From: Cystobasidiomycetes sp. EMM_F5
Taxonomy: Eukaryota
DNA length: 64,000 nt
Reading direction: 5' to 3'
Assembly: GCA_051047955.1 (NCBI GenBank)
Contig: JBPGPT010000032.1
Span: 62,001-126,000 of the forward strand
Shown: positions 12,272 to 24,400 of the stretch, one piece after another
Layout: each line of letters opens with the position of its first letter
How positions within the stretch are numbered: the first letter of the stretch is position 1
Notes under the pieces: model-generated
The model's input: only the letters and a program-made list of their open reading frames with translations
What the model was told of the DNA's origin: nothing
Database searches by the model: none
Made by a program: the position numbers and the translations under genes

Positions 12272-13304
12272 TCTTGAAAAGGAGTGTGTGAGCACTCAGA
12301 TGGACGTCCTCTGACAGGGTGTATGTCGACTGTCTTGTGTCAGTGCTGTGTCCTGGACCGCTCAAACGGAGGTCTGGTCGGACAGGTCGTGAGAGGCTCT
12401 ACGATAAGTCGGAGGCAAGACACAAAGAGCGATGAGTGAAGGTGGTCAGCCAGACCAGCCAGCCATCTCTGGCCCGCCTGAAAAACAAAAAACATGTACG
12501 CGTTTGAGCCCGCCTCCCGCCACTAAGGCGATTATGCGCGATGAAAGTCAGTGAGGGTCGGCGCACGTCAGTATCTGCAGCGGAGCAGCCAAAACATCAG
12601 CAGCAGCCAACATCCAGTCAGCATGATTTGAGCTGCAAGTCTTCATTAGCGATCTTGGCGGATTCTGCTTGACGGCTGGGGTTGCGAGTATCGCGTATAT
12701 AGACCTGTCACGCGCAAAGTGGTGCACCAGGACCTATGAAACCCCTCAGAGCGCTTGCAATGGCACGGAGGCAGGAAGCGCAGGAGCATGACGTAAAGCA
12801 TTGTTTTCTCGCAGTGCGTTATCCGACAACAAGCAGTTTCCAAAAAAATTGTTTGTATGAAGCGCTCAGGCGTATATTTAAACGAGACTGACCTGAACAC
12901 TGTGCATGCACCATCATCTATGTGTATCAACATCTTCCACCAGTGATCCGATCCTGCTGACAGCCTCGCGACAGGATCGGTGTTTTCCATGGAATGCATT
13001 GCAAGGCAAAGTAGAGATTGCTATGCACGGAGGGCGGCTGTGCCATAATCGAGGTGAATGTAGACATAACTTTCGAACGGAGACAAGCAGCGGTCTGTGG
13101 GAAGCTCATCGCCAGAATGAAGTTATTGTTGAAGCCAACGTACAGAAATGCTTCACAGAATTAGCTGCATAAAAGCGCAGAGCCAGAAGCCTTTGAAATG
13201 AAAGATTGTAATGATGTGGTTTAATTAAAGTGGGAGTACGTATGTCTGGGCCATCTAGACGATGTCAAGCCTTGGTCTTTCAGGGTCGGCGGTGATGAGA
13301 TAAC

Positions 13305-16300
13305 CTAGAATGCACTCGAATGTTTGCGAACACTGGGCAGGTAGTGATCATCGTAACGACGCGGATATAGTGCTGGGTAAGCTTCGGTGACGGCGCCAAG
13401 GTCGCAAAGCAGTTTTTCGACAGCCATAAGGTGCTTGGCTGTGAAGGGAGGATGACTCTGACGGAACATGGTCAACGTCGAAACAACCTGCTCGACGATG
13501 GCATGATGGAGTGGTCCTTTCGAGTGCTTGATCAGCCGTTGAAGCGGGTAATTGGCAAACTGCGAAGAGTAACAAAGCGCAAGTGGAAGATATCAGATAG
13601 ATTAGTACAGTTAAAAAAATCCGCAGCATACCTCGTGTTTTAACATGGATGTTACGCCCGTAATGCCGTCCACACGAGGCGTGAGTACCTCCGTTGCTAT
13701 GATATGCAGCTCGTACTCGTTGGCATGCATAATGCATTTCTCGACCACTATCGTGACAAAACAGAGCGTTAGACGATGCATCGTGAAGACACTGTGGAAG
13801 GCCCCTACCGTTGGATGCGAACTTGTGTTTGGATAAGTGAAGTACTTGGCCAAACGTCTGAGTAATGACACTGGACTTGTCTTGAGGAAGCCCTTTTTCA
13901 ATGATGTACTGTATCACATAGTTGCCATACTGATCCTGCATCAGTAGTTGCGCATACTGCTGAAGTTCGTCCAATAGAGACCGGGTCATCCGTTCGGGGC
14001 AATTCTCCAAGATCCGTTGCAGCACCCGGCAGGAGTACGGATGAGTAGCAAAGGTGTAGACGTTTCCGATGAATGCGTTGACTATGCATTGTAGCTGATC
14101 TGCTGGAACGGTCTGCACGACTTTTTGAACGACGTGGTTGGCGTCTGCGTAAGGGCAGTCAAGCCAGTCAGCCCTTTCAATTATACATCGCAGGTACATG
14201 CAATGTTTCCTCACTTTGATCGCGTACGCATTTTTGGATAGCACCCTCTAGTTCATGGACAATCATCAGCTGATGCTCCGGCGAGACAACTTCGACTGCT
14301 TTCTGGATAACACGACAGCCATAAGTCTGAAGCGCTAGCCGAAGAACTGAACCTTTGATAGCATTGGCGAGCTGCTTGATTTGCTCCGTACCGGCTTTCT
14401 CCAGAAGGCGTTGTACGCAGAAATTTGCGAAAACATCGACCGAAAGCTGAAGTATGACGGGGCACACTTCTTCGTAGATGAGACCACAATCTTCGGCGGA
14501 AGGATATTCCAAAATGTGCTCCTGGATGTAGCGCGATCCGACCTGATCACACATAAATTCTGCAATGTGCCCAGCCATGTCCTGACGCGATAGAATTATC
14601 AATGCGACGGCTTACAATCTGACTTTAAAAGCGACACCCAACCTACCTTGACTTCCCATCTGCGCGAGCGATCTGCGCGAAAGTCTTCGAGCAGAGGACT
14701 ACGAATCGGCCTCGAGCGGTCGTCTTTACCGTAATCGTAAGGAGAAAGACTAGGATAGCCGCCATACCCAGATATTGCTGTTCCCAGTCCCAGACCGTAA
14801 TTTGGAAGGCTGTTGGCACCTGTATGCGTATACTCTACCGCGAATCCCTTTGCGGACCCAGCGTAGCGATAAGGGCTGGTGGCGACTGACGAAGCGCCAG
14901 AAGACGGAGAGGACCCCAACGTAGCCGAACCAAAATGACTCTCGGGACTGAGACCAAATGACGGAGTGATGGATGGATTGTACGCATACGGTGCGCTTCT
15001 AGCGACGTTCGGGCTAGTGTACTGACTGCCAAGACCCCAGTTCTGTTATAGTATGGCGAGATGCTGCAATCAGTAAAAACCCCGCTGCAGACCTCAGTGC
15101 ACGTACTGGTTGACTGAATCTTCGTCCCAGAGAACCCTCAGCTCCGTAAGCAGATGGTGGAGATGTAGTATACATTGACAGACCGTAACCTGAATCCCGC
15201 CTGGTAGCTTGATTAAAGATGGGAGAAGGTGAGAAATCGTTGTTTCCTACGAGGCCATTTGCGAGACCTCCTCCGCTATAAGACCCAAAAGCCGCTCCAA
15301 AGTTCAGATCGTTTGACGCGATGGCAGGGTTGGAATAAGCATCTACGGGCTGCGTGAAGAAGGTGCCTAAAGGGACGGACGTTATGCTTGCATCCGAGAA
15401 CGCTGCGCTAGCCTGACGGTGACGATCCTGAAAGTCTGCGTCACTGTTTCGTTGACGATTGCCGAAAGCCGCACTGTATGCGGAGGTTGATGCGCCCCTC
15501 TGACCGGGAGACCCAAATTTACCTCTTGACGCCCCGGTAAGTGGAAGCAGAACAGATGTACCGCTTGTACGAGACTTTGGGGAAGATCTTGGATCATCTC
15601 GCAGCGTATCTGTACTGCTCGTGGAAGCACCGCCTACAGGAACGGGTTGCATCTCTGGCAGAAGCGCACCCGTCACCAGGCCGCCTGACGAAGTCAATGA
15701 AAGAGCAGGCAGGTTTTGACTAGTTGTTTGATCGATAGAATCCGTTAAGCTAGACCCCAGTAAAGTGCTGCTAGCCAGAAGCTGTCTTGGGGATGCCGGA
15801 GAAGGGGCATTCGGTCGACTGCGCGCACTCAGCGAGGCGGTGCGGTGGAGAGAGCCTGTACGAGCATTATTGAATGAGGCCTCATTCGAAGCATGTCCTT
15901 CGGTCGAAGCAGGTAGATCTAGCAGGGAAGAAAACGATACATTTCGTGGCAAAAGAGAATCATTGCGGATATCGACCACCGGATCAGGTTTTTTTGCATC
16001 TGCACTGATGCTGCCAGAGCCACCATTGCTAGACGAGGTAGAAGTAGTTGAAAGGCGTTTCTTGTCGATAATAGTCGATGCTGCTAGTGCGCTCGCTATC
16101 TCATCAACGCTACCGCTGTCGGCTGGGCCGATGGTAGCAGGACGCGGAGCACTCGGATCGGACCATAAATTCCAGGGTTCCACCGACATGGCTCCATTGC
16201 CTAGCGAATGACCAACGCTCCCGGTCTTTGCCAAAGCTGGTAGACTGGACGTCATGCTGAGTCCATTTGACACCGAAACACCATGCGTTGTGCTCGGAGG

Positions 16301-16579
16301 TACACCGTGCATTACAAGCCCACCATGCATATACTCCACAGCAGGCACACTGCGCTGCCCGGATGGTGCACGACTAAAAGTCGGAGGCGGGAGAGCACTC
16401 AAGCCCAATTTGGAGGGTTTGACTGGATCATACGAAGATCTACGTATCAAAGATGGGTGTTGTGCTTGAGCCGTGTCCGTTGATGGCTTTCCGTAACCAC
16501 CTGCTGGACCACTCGAGGCGTTCAACGGTATCTTATCTGTGCCATTTGCGTTGCCAATCGGTGAACCGTTGTCGCTCAT
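13305..16579 (-). CDS. PUF3: Pumilio/PUF RNA-binding protein (Puf3/PUM-type, 8 repeats) with a long low-complexity N-terminus
   Basis: RSPLLEDFR precedes eight repeats: GSRYIQ, ANFCVQ, GCRVIQ, ANHVVQ, SCRVLQ, GNYVIQ, ASNVVE, ANYPLQ. C-terminal KHLMAVEK. Orthology to Puf3 is inferred from the recognition residues. Confidence 0.9.
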
Positions 16580-17558
16580 ACTGACAGACACGTCTGTAGT
16601 GAGGTATCGATAGACTCTGTACCCAGCGCCTATTGATGAGATTGAGAAGCCTCGTTCTATCTACGGAAGATGCAAGTGACTTGTACACTTTCTTGTCGTA
16701 TTTACGTGCTGTACTCTATACAGCTCGGGGCTATATACGACTATCTACGTGGGTATCGACGAGGCACGCGAATCGATATCAGAATTAATCCAACATTTCA
16801 GCAAGTTTGAGCAAGAGGCGGAAGGAAGAGGTATCAAGGCCGATGATCCGAAATTTAGGCGAGCGCGACGAGTACCATATTATAGCCCGATAACGTTTCG
16901 GATGGGACAGAAATTTTAAGAAAACGGTATGTCAGTCAGACAAAGTCGGTGGCGTTCTATGGCGGTCAAGCCTCGCACCTCGATTGACACCGTGCTGTAC
17001 AGACGTGAATCAAGACGGACAAGAATGAAGGATAGCGGTAAGTATTAGCCGAGTGCAGAGCGCTGAACAAGTGACGGCTCCTACCTGCAACTTTGAACTT
17101 AAAACGGACAAGGGGAATATATCGGAGCGTTGGCGAGGTGAAAGTGCGTCTTAGCGGCAACGGAAGTGTAGTGAGGCAGTTGGTTCGAGTGAGCACGCGG
17201 ATGGTGGACTGTCGACTGGGGTGACAGGCTTGCGAATGCGACAATTTTTTCCAGAGCTTTCGCACGCAGAGTGATGTGATTGCTGGACGATGCCAACCGC
17301 AGATTGGCGTTCCTGAGCGTCTGGCACTTTCGCGGCGGACTTGCAGCACACCCGTACGAGTCCTGCTCCGGCCGCTAGACTGGACCCTGGCGAGAAGGCG
17401 ACTGAATCCTGAAACAAGCGGGTCTGTGACGTGGTTCGGCCTAAACTCCGAGCTCTGATGATGGCAGGTTCGCGCCTTGATTGGCTAAATCAGTGCGGGG
17501 GGTGACCTGATTTCGCTATCGCCCAGTCTTCCAAGTCCGTTAAATTACGCCAGACTGG

Positions 17559-18096
17559 ATGCACGGCGGGTCCTGTACGGTATGCCTCTTTCACGGATTG
17601 ATGTGTGCACGATTAGAAGTGCTGGCCAGTGTAGTGTGGTAGACTGGAATGCAGATTGATAAGTAGTGGTGCGTTTACCTTCACAAAAGGGAACCTACCC
17701 TCGGAGCAGGTAGACGAACACTCGGGAGATGGCAATGCTAAGCGATGATTTAGCCAACGGATCCGAAGCCTAGCGGGGCTGCGGAGTGCAACGTATGTAA
17801 TTCAGCCGTCTAATGGATCAGCGTGACGCGGTGGACCATGTCCAGCACCACATCATCGTCAGTCATCAGAGCGACGTTGAGAAAATGCTCAAATTTCATT
17901 TCGTTGCCCCTCGCGGCACCCCTGCTGAATTAACGACCCCTCACGAGCGCACTGAGCTTTCACACTGCATGATCATAAATGTCCGTTCGCATCTTCTGCG
18001 ACTGAGCATCTTGAGAACACGCTGAGGTGTTTGGCAATTGGGTAGCCTGGCGGACTCCAAGACTGTTTCGGGCGTCGCGGAGAATACAGCCGTTGA
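17559..18096 (+). CDS. Putative unannotated five-exon gene encoding a 106-aa Cys/His-rich protein
   Basis: Exons 17559-17579, 17635-17709, 17754-17792, 17846-17980 and 18046-18096 are joined by four 44-65 nt GT-AG introns. They give one open frame from ATG to TGA. No homolog was recognised. Confidence 0.4.
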
Positions 18097-18451
18097 GCCG
18101 TTGAGTGCTGAGGGATGCATGGTTGCCAGGTAGCGGGACAAGATGGCAACACTTGTTCAGGATGGGCTTCATGCAACGTGGAAGTAACCACCATGACGTG
18201 TGTCAAGACGATTGCGCAAGCGCAAAGGAAATAACAGCTGGGTTTCGAATTCGAGCCTAGATTCTCCGCATTACGTAATCAACAGAATCTGGCTGATGCT
18301 GGCACTGTTTGTACTACAACTAATTGGCCACGACGGGGACTTCACTGACACTAATGCCCGTCTAGCCCTGGACCCCATACTGCGACAGATTACTACTACT
18401 CACTGCGAATGTGATAACTTCCTTTCGAAAATCTCCGGTCATAATCATTCT

Positions 18452-21400
18452 TCAGTCTTTGATAGCCCCGCTCGCAACGAGACATATGCTTCGTTGAATC
18501 AGGGAATGCTGTTTCTCTGATGTGGGAAGGTTGGTTGTAAACAGGATCGTGTCCCGGTCCGGAGTCAGATAGACCGGGCACGGAAAAGTGATGGATTGTG
18601 GATTTGAAGCTGAAGAACCGTGTTCAGCGGGAATCCAGCGCAAGATTACTCTGTCATCTTCCAACATTGTATGTTGTCCGTGATTAAGCTGGAGACCGGT
18701 CGGCCCATACCCGGCGCCATGCAGTACAAGGCCTTGGTTTCAAAGGACAAGTTAGCCAGTCATGTACTCTTAGTGGTCTGTTTTCATGCCATGTACCTTT
18801 GATCCAATGTGCATGATCATCGATCCGCGACGCATTTGGTCCACCAATATCAAGCGACAAGGCAAGAGATTCGAGCGAGACCCCTTGCCGGTGTGCAGCT
18901 TGTTGCCGACTGGCAGTAATCCATGCAGTTGGTCTAAAGAAACCTCCGAGCCAGACTGCAGAGGTTCTGCTCGACGATACTGATATACTCTCCGACTGCT
19001 TGAGTCGCTTTGCAAAATCAGTTGCCCATTGCAACAACGTTAGGCGATTCTCCGTTTGATAGTCCCGCGACCACGCTGAAGGTACTTCGCCTTTACAGAG
19101 GACCGCGATCAGGTCCCGTATACTGTTCGTCTGCTTGAGCTTGCCGTTGAGACAGTCGACCAGCATAACGAGATCGCTCCGAATTGCATTCAAGAGCCGA
19201 GTCGCAAGTAGGCTTTCCCGCTTGTAGAATCTAGCCAGGGCGTCCCCTTCTCCACCTTCTCCAGGCTCTCCGTTCTGTGCCTTACTGTCCGCGCTTTCCA
19301 GCCTTGTCGGGAGTAGCCTCAAAAGCGTATCGCACGTTTGCTGCATTGTGTGCATCCATGCTGGCTGCTGCATCTTTATCTGGGGAGCATGCACAGCAAC
19401 GGCTCCCGATGTGGTCTGAGCGGTAAGTGAAAGCGCCACAGCATCGGTCTCGTCGTCGTCGTCCGAGATGGACTGTACTTTCCTGAGACTTGACAGAAAT
19501 TCTTTCCCTTCCGCAATGGCAAGGAGCTCCTCAGCGTTTGGTGGCAATGCCAGCCAGCTGGAAGGCTCTCGTTCAGGCAAACGCAAGCTCCAGTCGAGAA
19601 AGTCTGAGAGGCGAGTTCCTTCTGGCGCGATGAGCGGTGCAATGGCATCAGTACCCGCGAGGCAGCCAGGAACCAGCTCGAAACCAGTTTCATAAGCTTG
19701 CGGAGTGAATATCGAATCGACAAAGCTTTCGAGAAGCCGTTGATCAATTTCGCTGTCGACTCGACTGCTCAAGGTACTTGTGTGTCAGCTACTACATCCT
19801 ACGCGGCAGTTTTCGCAGACTAACCCTCCGTAAACAGCCTGCTTCAGTAGTCCTCGCAGGGCTGAGAAAGGTATATTGTTAGGGGCGATGTTCGTCTTGC
19901 CTTTTGCAACAGACAACATCCATGCGTCAATGGTTGACAGGGCGGCTTCCTGGTCGGCATCATTGAATTCATACGTTTTCGAAAAGCCGACTGGTGCATA
20001 TCGCAAACGTTCGACGAGTATGGCGTGCAGCCACGCGAGACTGAAGTAGAGGCGATGTCTTTCCACAGGCCCTGGACTATTCAAGCGCTCGGCCGAAATG
20101 CTTTGTAAGGAGTCGATCAAGTTGGCTCGTATACCAGGTTGCGGTTCGCACATAACTATGCGAGATTGTCTGATTATGTTGACCGGGATTGAGGGAACCA
20201 TTTCGAGCGTAAGGAATAGTCGGAAATTTTTATGTGGGTTCAAGCTTTGTAAGCGCTTCTCAAGCCCATTGAGCCATTGTGGTGCGAGATGAACATTTCT
20301 TAGCATTACCCAGCTCCCGACGCGCGATGCCTGAGCAATAGCTTGGTCGGCCAATGCGTACCCTTCTTGCGATCCCATCGCAACGGAAGCAAACCGGGAA
20401 TTGTCATACGATCCTCTCGCAGTGTTGATAGCGTCAATGCGGAAGCTGCCGTCGTACCCTGGGACTGAACATACGCAGACGGGCGTGCTGGCGCTGACCT
20501 CCGTCTCGACCATACGACCAAGGTCGTAGGTTACTTCCGACCACAAATCGCGTGGGAAAACAGCATTAGCGAATGCCGTAGCTGCGTACAAGATTCGCTC
20601 GGGCCGCAATACTTTGATAATGAGCATCATACGGAAGGCTCGCACGGCAGCTAAGTGAAAGTCAGTTGACGAAAGTACCTTGTAGTGTATGGTAGGCTCA
20701 CCCCAGTTGTCTGACCAGGCCTGAACTTCACAGCCCTCGGGCTCCGCAGATCGCAGAAATGCTTGCAATAGCATTGAGGAATTGTCTTTGAGCTCGGCCA
20801 CAATGGGCATCATCGCAGGTAGGCGCGCCAAAGTGTTCAATTGCTGTAATTGTGACTCCGTGAGCAGCTCAGACGTTGTCTGCGAGCTGTTTCTAGTTGA
20901 TCGCGCCAAATTTGCGGAATGGCCTAAGAAGTGCTCAACCTCGTCCTCCTCTAAAGGGTGTCCGATGCTCCGTAATTTGATCTGCGCTAGCAATACGGCA
21001 AGGACACTGTGGTCTCGATGCAAAAGACCTTGCGATATACGCTTATATACTTGCATGTACAGATCATCCAGTAAATGAGCTAGTCGAGTAGAAGCGTCGG
21101 ATGGGACAGGCTGATGAGTCCGATGGAGAACGTGCTCAAATATGTCCTGAAAGAACCGCAAGGAGAAGCGGTAGAAGTGGTTGATACAGTTCAGCTGATC
21201 AAGGGCGAAGAAGATGGAACTACAAGCAGCTGCAAGGGGCAGATATTGTCGCGTAACCGCAGTGATTTCTTCCATCACTACATGCGTATCTTGCACTTTT
21301 CGAGTCACCTCGGCGGCCTCGTATTTGAGCGTTTCCAAGGTATCGACAACTTTGTCATCATCGAGAATATTGCCGGAGGATTCGTTGAGTGCCTGAAGCA

Positions 21401-24400
21401 GTGCACGTTCCAGGTATCTTAAGCGATTCCCAAACTCGCCTTGCAACTTGAGTAGGTTACTGCGTTTCTCCTCCGTGTCTGGTCGCTCGACCCTCAAGAC
21501 CTGACTCAGAGACTGACTTTGCAGACTGGTTCTGGTCATGGTGAAATTGGCGAATGTCACTCGGCTGCAGATGTCCGGAGGGAAGTCTACTGAAGGATCT
21601 CGCGTTAGAAGGAACATGCGGAAGGCGGGCGAGAAGTCAATGTCTTGGTTGCCTAGTCGGATGAGCACGCGTCCTCCGGCTTTGCGTAACTCCCGGTTAA
21701 GAATGGTGTTTACGATGGGGTCTAAACGTTCAACATCCTGTACGAGTAGAGCCGTGCCAAAGCGAAGCGCGCTCTCTAATTGTTTAGTGAAAGCCTCGTC
21801 AAGGAAGCTGGTGATGGCGATCTTGCGACTTTGGTATTCACGCATCAGGAAGGTGGCAGCTTGTCCTGTCGGATCAACAATGAGCGGATACCGATTGAAG
21901 CGTTGCAGCACTATTGCATTCTCGACGCAAAGATTATCTGCTGGTAGGCCATGCGACTGCCATCGAAGTCTTTCGTCAGGTGTTGAAAGGTATTCGATGA
22001 CGGCTAGATCGTGCTTGTATGCTATCCCAGCCTGCTCCAAATGTTCGGTCCATTGCTGCCACAAAGTCTCTCGACATTCTTGATCGTAGTAGCCGTTGTA
22101 AGCGAGAAAGGCAGCGGATAACATGACATCACCGGCGATAGTGCTCATTTGCTCTACGAATTTTTGACTGCCGGTGGTCCATCGGTCGCGCTCGGACTCC
22201 AAACTGGATAAGAGCGTGATGCTCCTCGTGACCTTGCCTTGAACACGTTCCATCTCGCTTTTTATGCTCTGGGTCTCGCTGATAAGATCAGCATACTCCA
22301 TCTTGTAGAGCTCGATCCGGTCAGTCAATTCCCCTATCATTGTAAAGATTGTATCTGCTTGCTGCCGCGTTGTCAAAGCAGATCGCTCGAGATGCTCCAC
22401 TTCTTCTCGAAGAGGACCAACCTTGTCCAATATCTCGGAGAAATTGACCTGAGCCAAGACCCACTTGACGAGTGGCCCGCAGGCTCTGCTGGCCCGATTG
22501 ACATTCTCGTACGAGAACTCTGGCCGGCTGATGTATTCTGCTCGCATTTTCTCCCGCAATCTTTTCGTCATGAGTCGCTCAGTGTCGTAATTGACAATGC
22601 TGGAGATGAAGTCATCCTTTCTAATAATGCCCTGTACAGTCCTCCAACTGTCGATTGTGTGACCGAGAAGAGTGCACACTGACTCCATAGCCATCTTGAC
22701 GGCGACAGGAGGGTTAGCCATGGACCTTACTTCGGTAAGATGAGGCTTTTTGATCTCCGAAACGGCCGATTGTGCCTCAAACACCGCCGGCTCTGCAGCC
22801 GATAGGTCCTGCAATACTACCTCCTTGCGAGTTCGGATGTCTTCCTCTTGCACTCTCAACGCTGCTTGGATATCGATGGATGCTACCTTCTGCTGTTCCG
22901 CTTCCCGCTGATCCGCTACCATTCTGAGCAATTTGTCGTTCGCCTCGCGATTTTTCATCTCAAGCTGAGTTTTCTTTGCAGCTAAGCTGCCACGCAACTC
23001 TTCCACCTGCTCAACGGTCGCCCTAAGCTTATCTAAACCGATGTTGACGTGGCGCTGCTGCTCCTCCAGGTCTTCGCGTTTCTCGCTGAACAACGCGATG
23101 AAGTGATTGACAAAATCTAGGTAATGTCGAGGCGTAGAATGATTGTAACGGCCCTTGCGCCTCGCGATCCTCGCGTCCATCTTGCCGACGAGTTGGTGAA
23201 CAGCTACAAAGGCATTTACCATTGCTGCTCGATGGGTCGGCGGAAGGCTCAATCCCTGATGGCAGACAGGGAAGGGTGATGGAGCGTTGTAGTCGACGGC
23301 ATCAAGGTCGACAGAAGTAGTAAAGTCCGCGCCGACCTGGAACAAGGCCTGAGTTGACCAGTCGCCAAACCAGTCCAACACGCAGCGATTGAACAGAGCA
23401 GGCGAAGTTGCTGCTCTGGAAGCAAGTCCCGCATCGGGCGGATTCATTGTGAAAACCACATGCAGGTTTCGTGCGACTTGTTGCGTAAACCACTTGTACA
23501 GTTCTTCGAACGAGCTTAGTAGCAGACCGTCTCGCTGCGCGCCCTCCTTGCAAGCAGTCATCAACGCTGTGTACTCGTCGCCTTCGAATAGTCCAGGAAC
23601 TTCTGCATTCGCTAGAAGCGTGTTCATTCGTTCCAAGAAGCCAGAATCGAGTACGTTGGATTCATCCATGATGAAGCAAACTTTTTCGCCCTTACATCCG
23701 GCACGTCGGAGAACATTACGCAAGTCTTCGTCGAAATCTTCGGCATTATACTTATTGTGAACTTTGACTTGAAATATGCTCAGACCGTTCATCCATGCAA
23801 CAAAACGCGACAGAGTCGTCTGCGAAGCAGTATAAGTGCAGCTTTAAACGCATATGTAGATAACCTACCTTGCCGCTACCGCTCACACCGATCAAAAGCA
23901 CATGTCCTTGAGACTGTCGGAAAACACGATCGATGCGTAATGCATGGTCGAGAACATCGTCGAAGAGCACCAGGGGTACATCCAGTTCTTCCTCGTAAAA
24001 GATGCGCAAGCGAGCTTTGACATATTCACGGAATTCTTCTCTTTCGATCGGTACATAGTTTCGCGTAGTCCAGTTGGAAAAGAGAATCGGACGAGCCAGC
24101 GCTTGTCCCACATCCATTGTCGGGAAGTGCGTCGCACATACTGTATCGATGAGATCGCTAGTCCACTGGCGTTCGTCTGGACTCGTCAATCGATCTTGAA
24201 ACAATCTAAGTGCCTCATGCGCCCAGACTCTGGCCAACCCCTCAACTGACAAGCTCTCCAGGGGTTTTATCGACTCGTATATGCCTCGTGTCCATCGCGT
24301 CAATTCGCGTGGACTGTAGACGTAATGGGCTTGTATGTCTGTTGTAAACCGAGCTTGTGATGCAATATAGACATCGACCATGGCCATTGTCAATGGCTCA

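Noticed and set aside
12600..13300. Short ORFs and splice-like motifs between the mucin-like gene and the PUF 3' end
   Set aside because: No combination of junctions gave a convincing reading frame. It is probably promoter plus 3' UTR, although a transcript is not excluded.
15022..15106. Apparent need for an odd distal acceptor (CAGTCAG) in the first PUF intron
   Set aside because: An ordinary CAG at 15043 gives a 64-nt intron and an in-frame junction (SQP|NWGLGSQY), so nothing unusual is required.
20651..20701. 17-aa 'insertion' in the dynein ORF ([17 protein letters not shown])
   Set aside because: It is best explained as a 51-nt in-frame, stop-free GT-AG intron (GTGAGC..CTGAC..TAG), not a protein insertion or intein.
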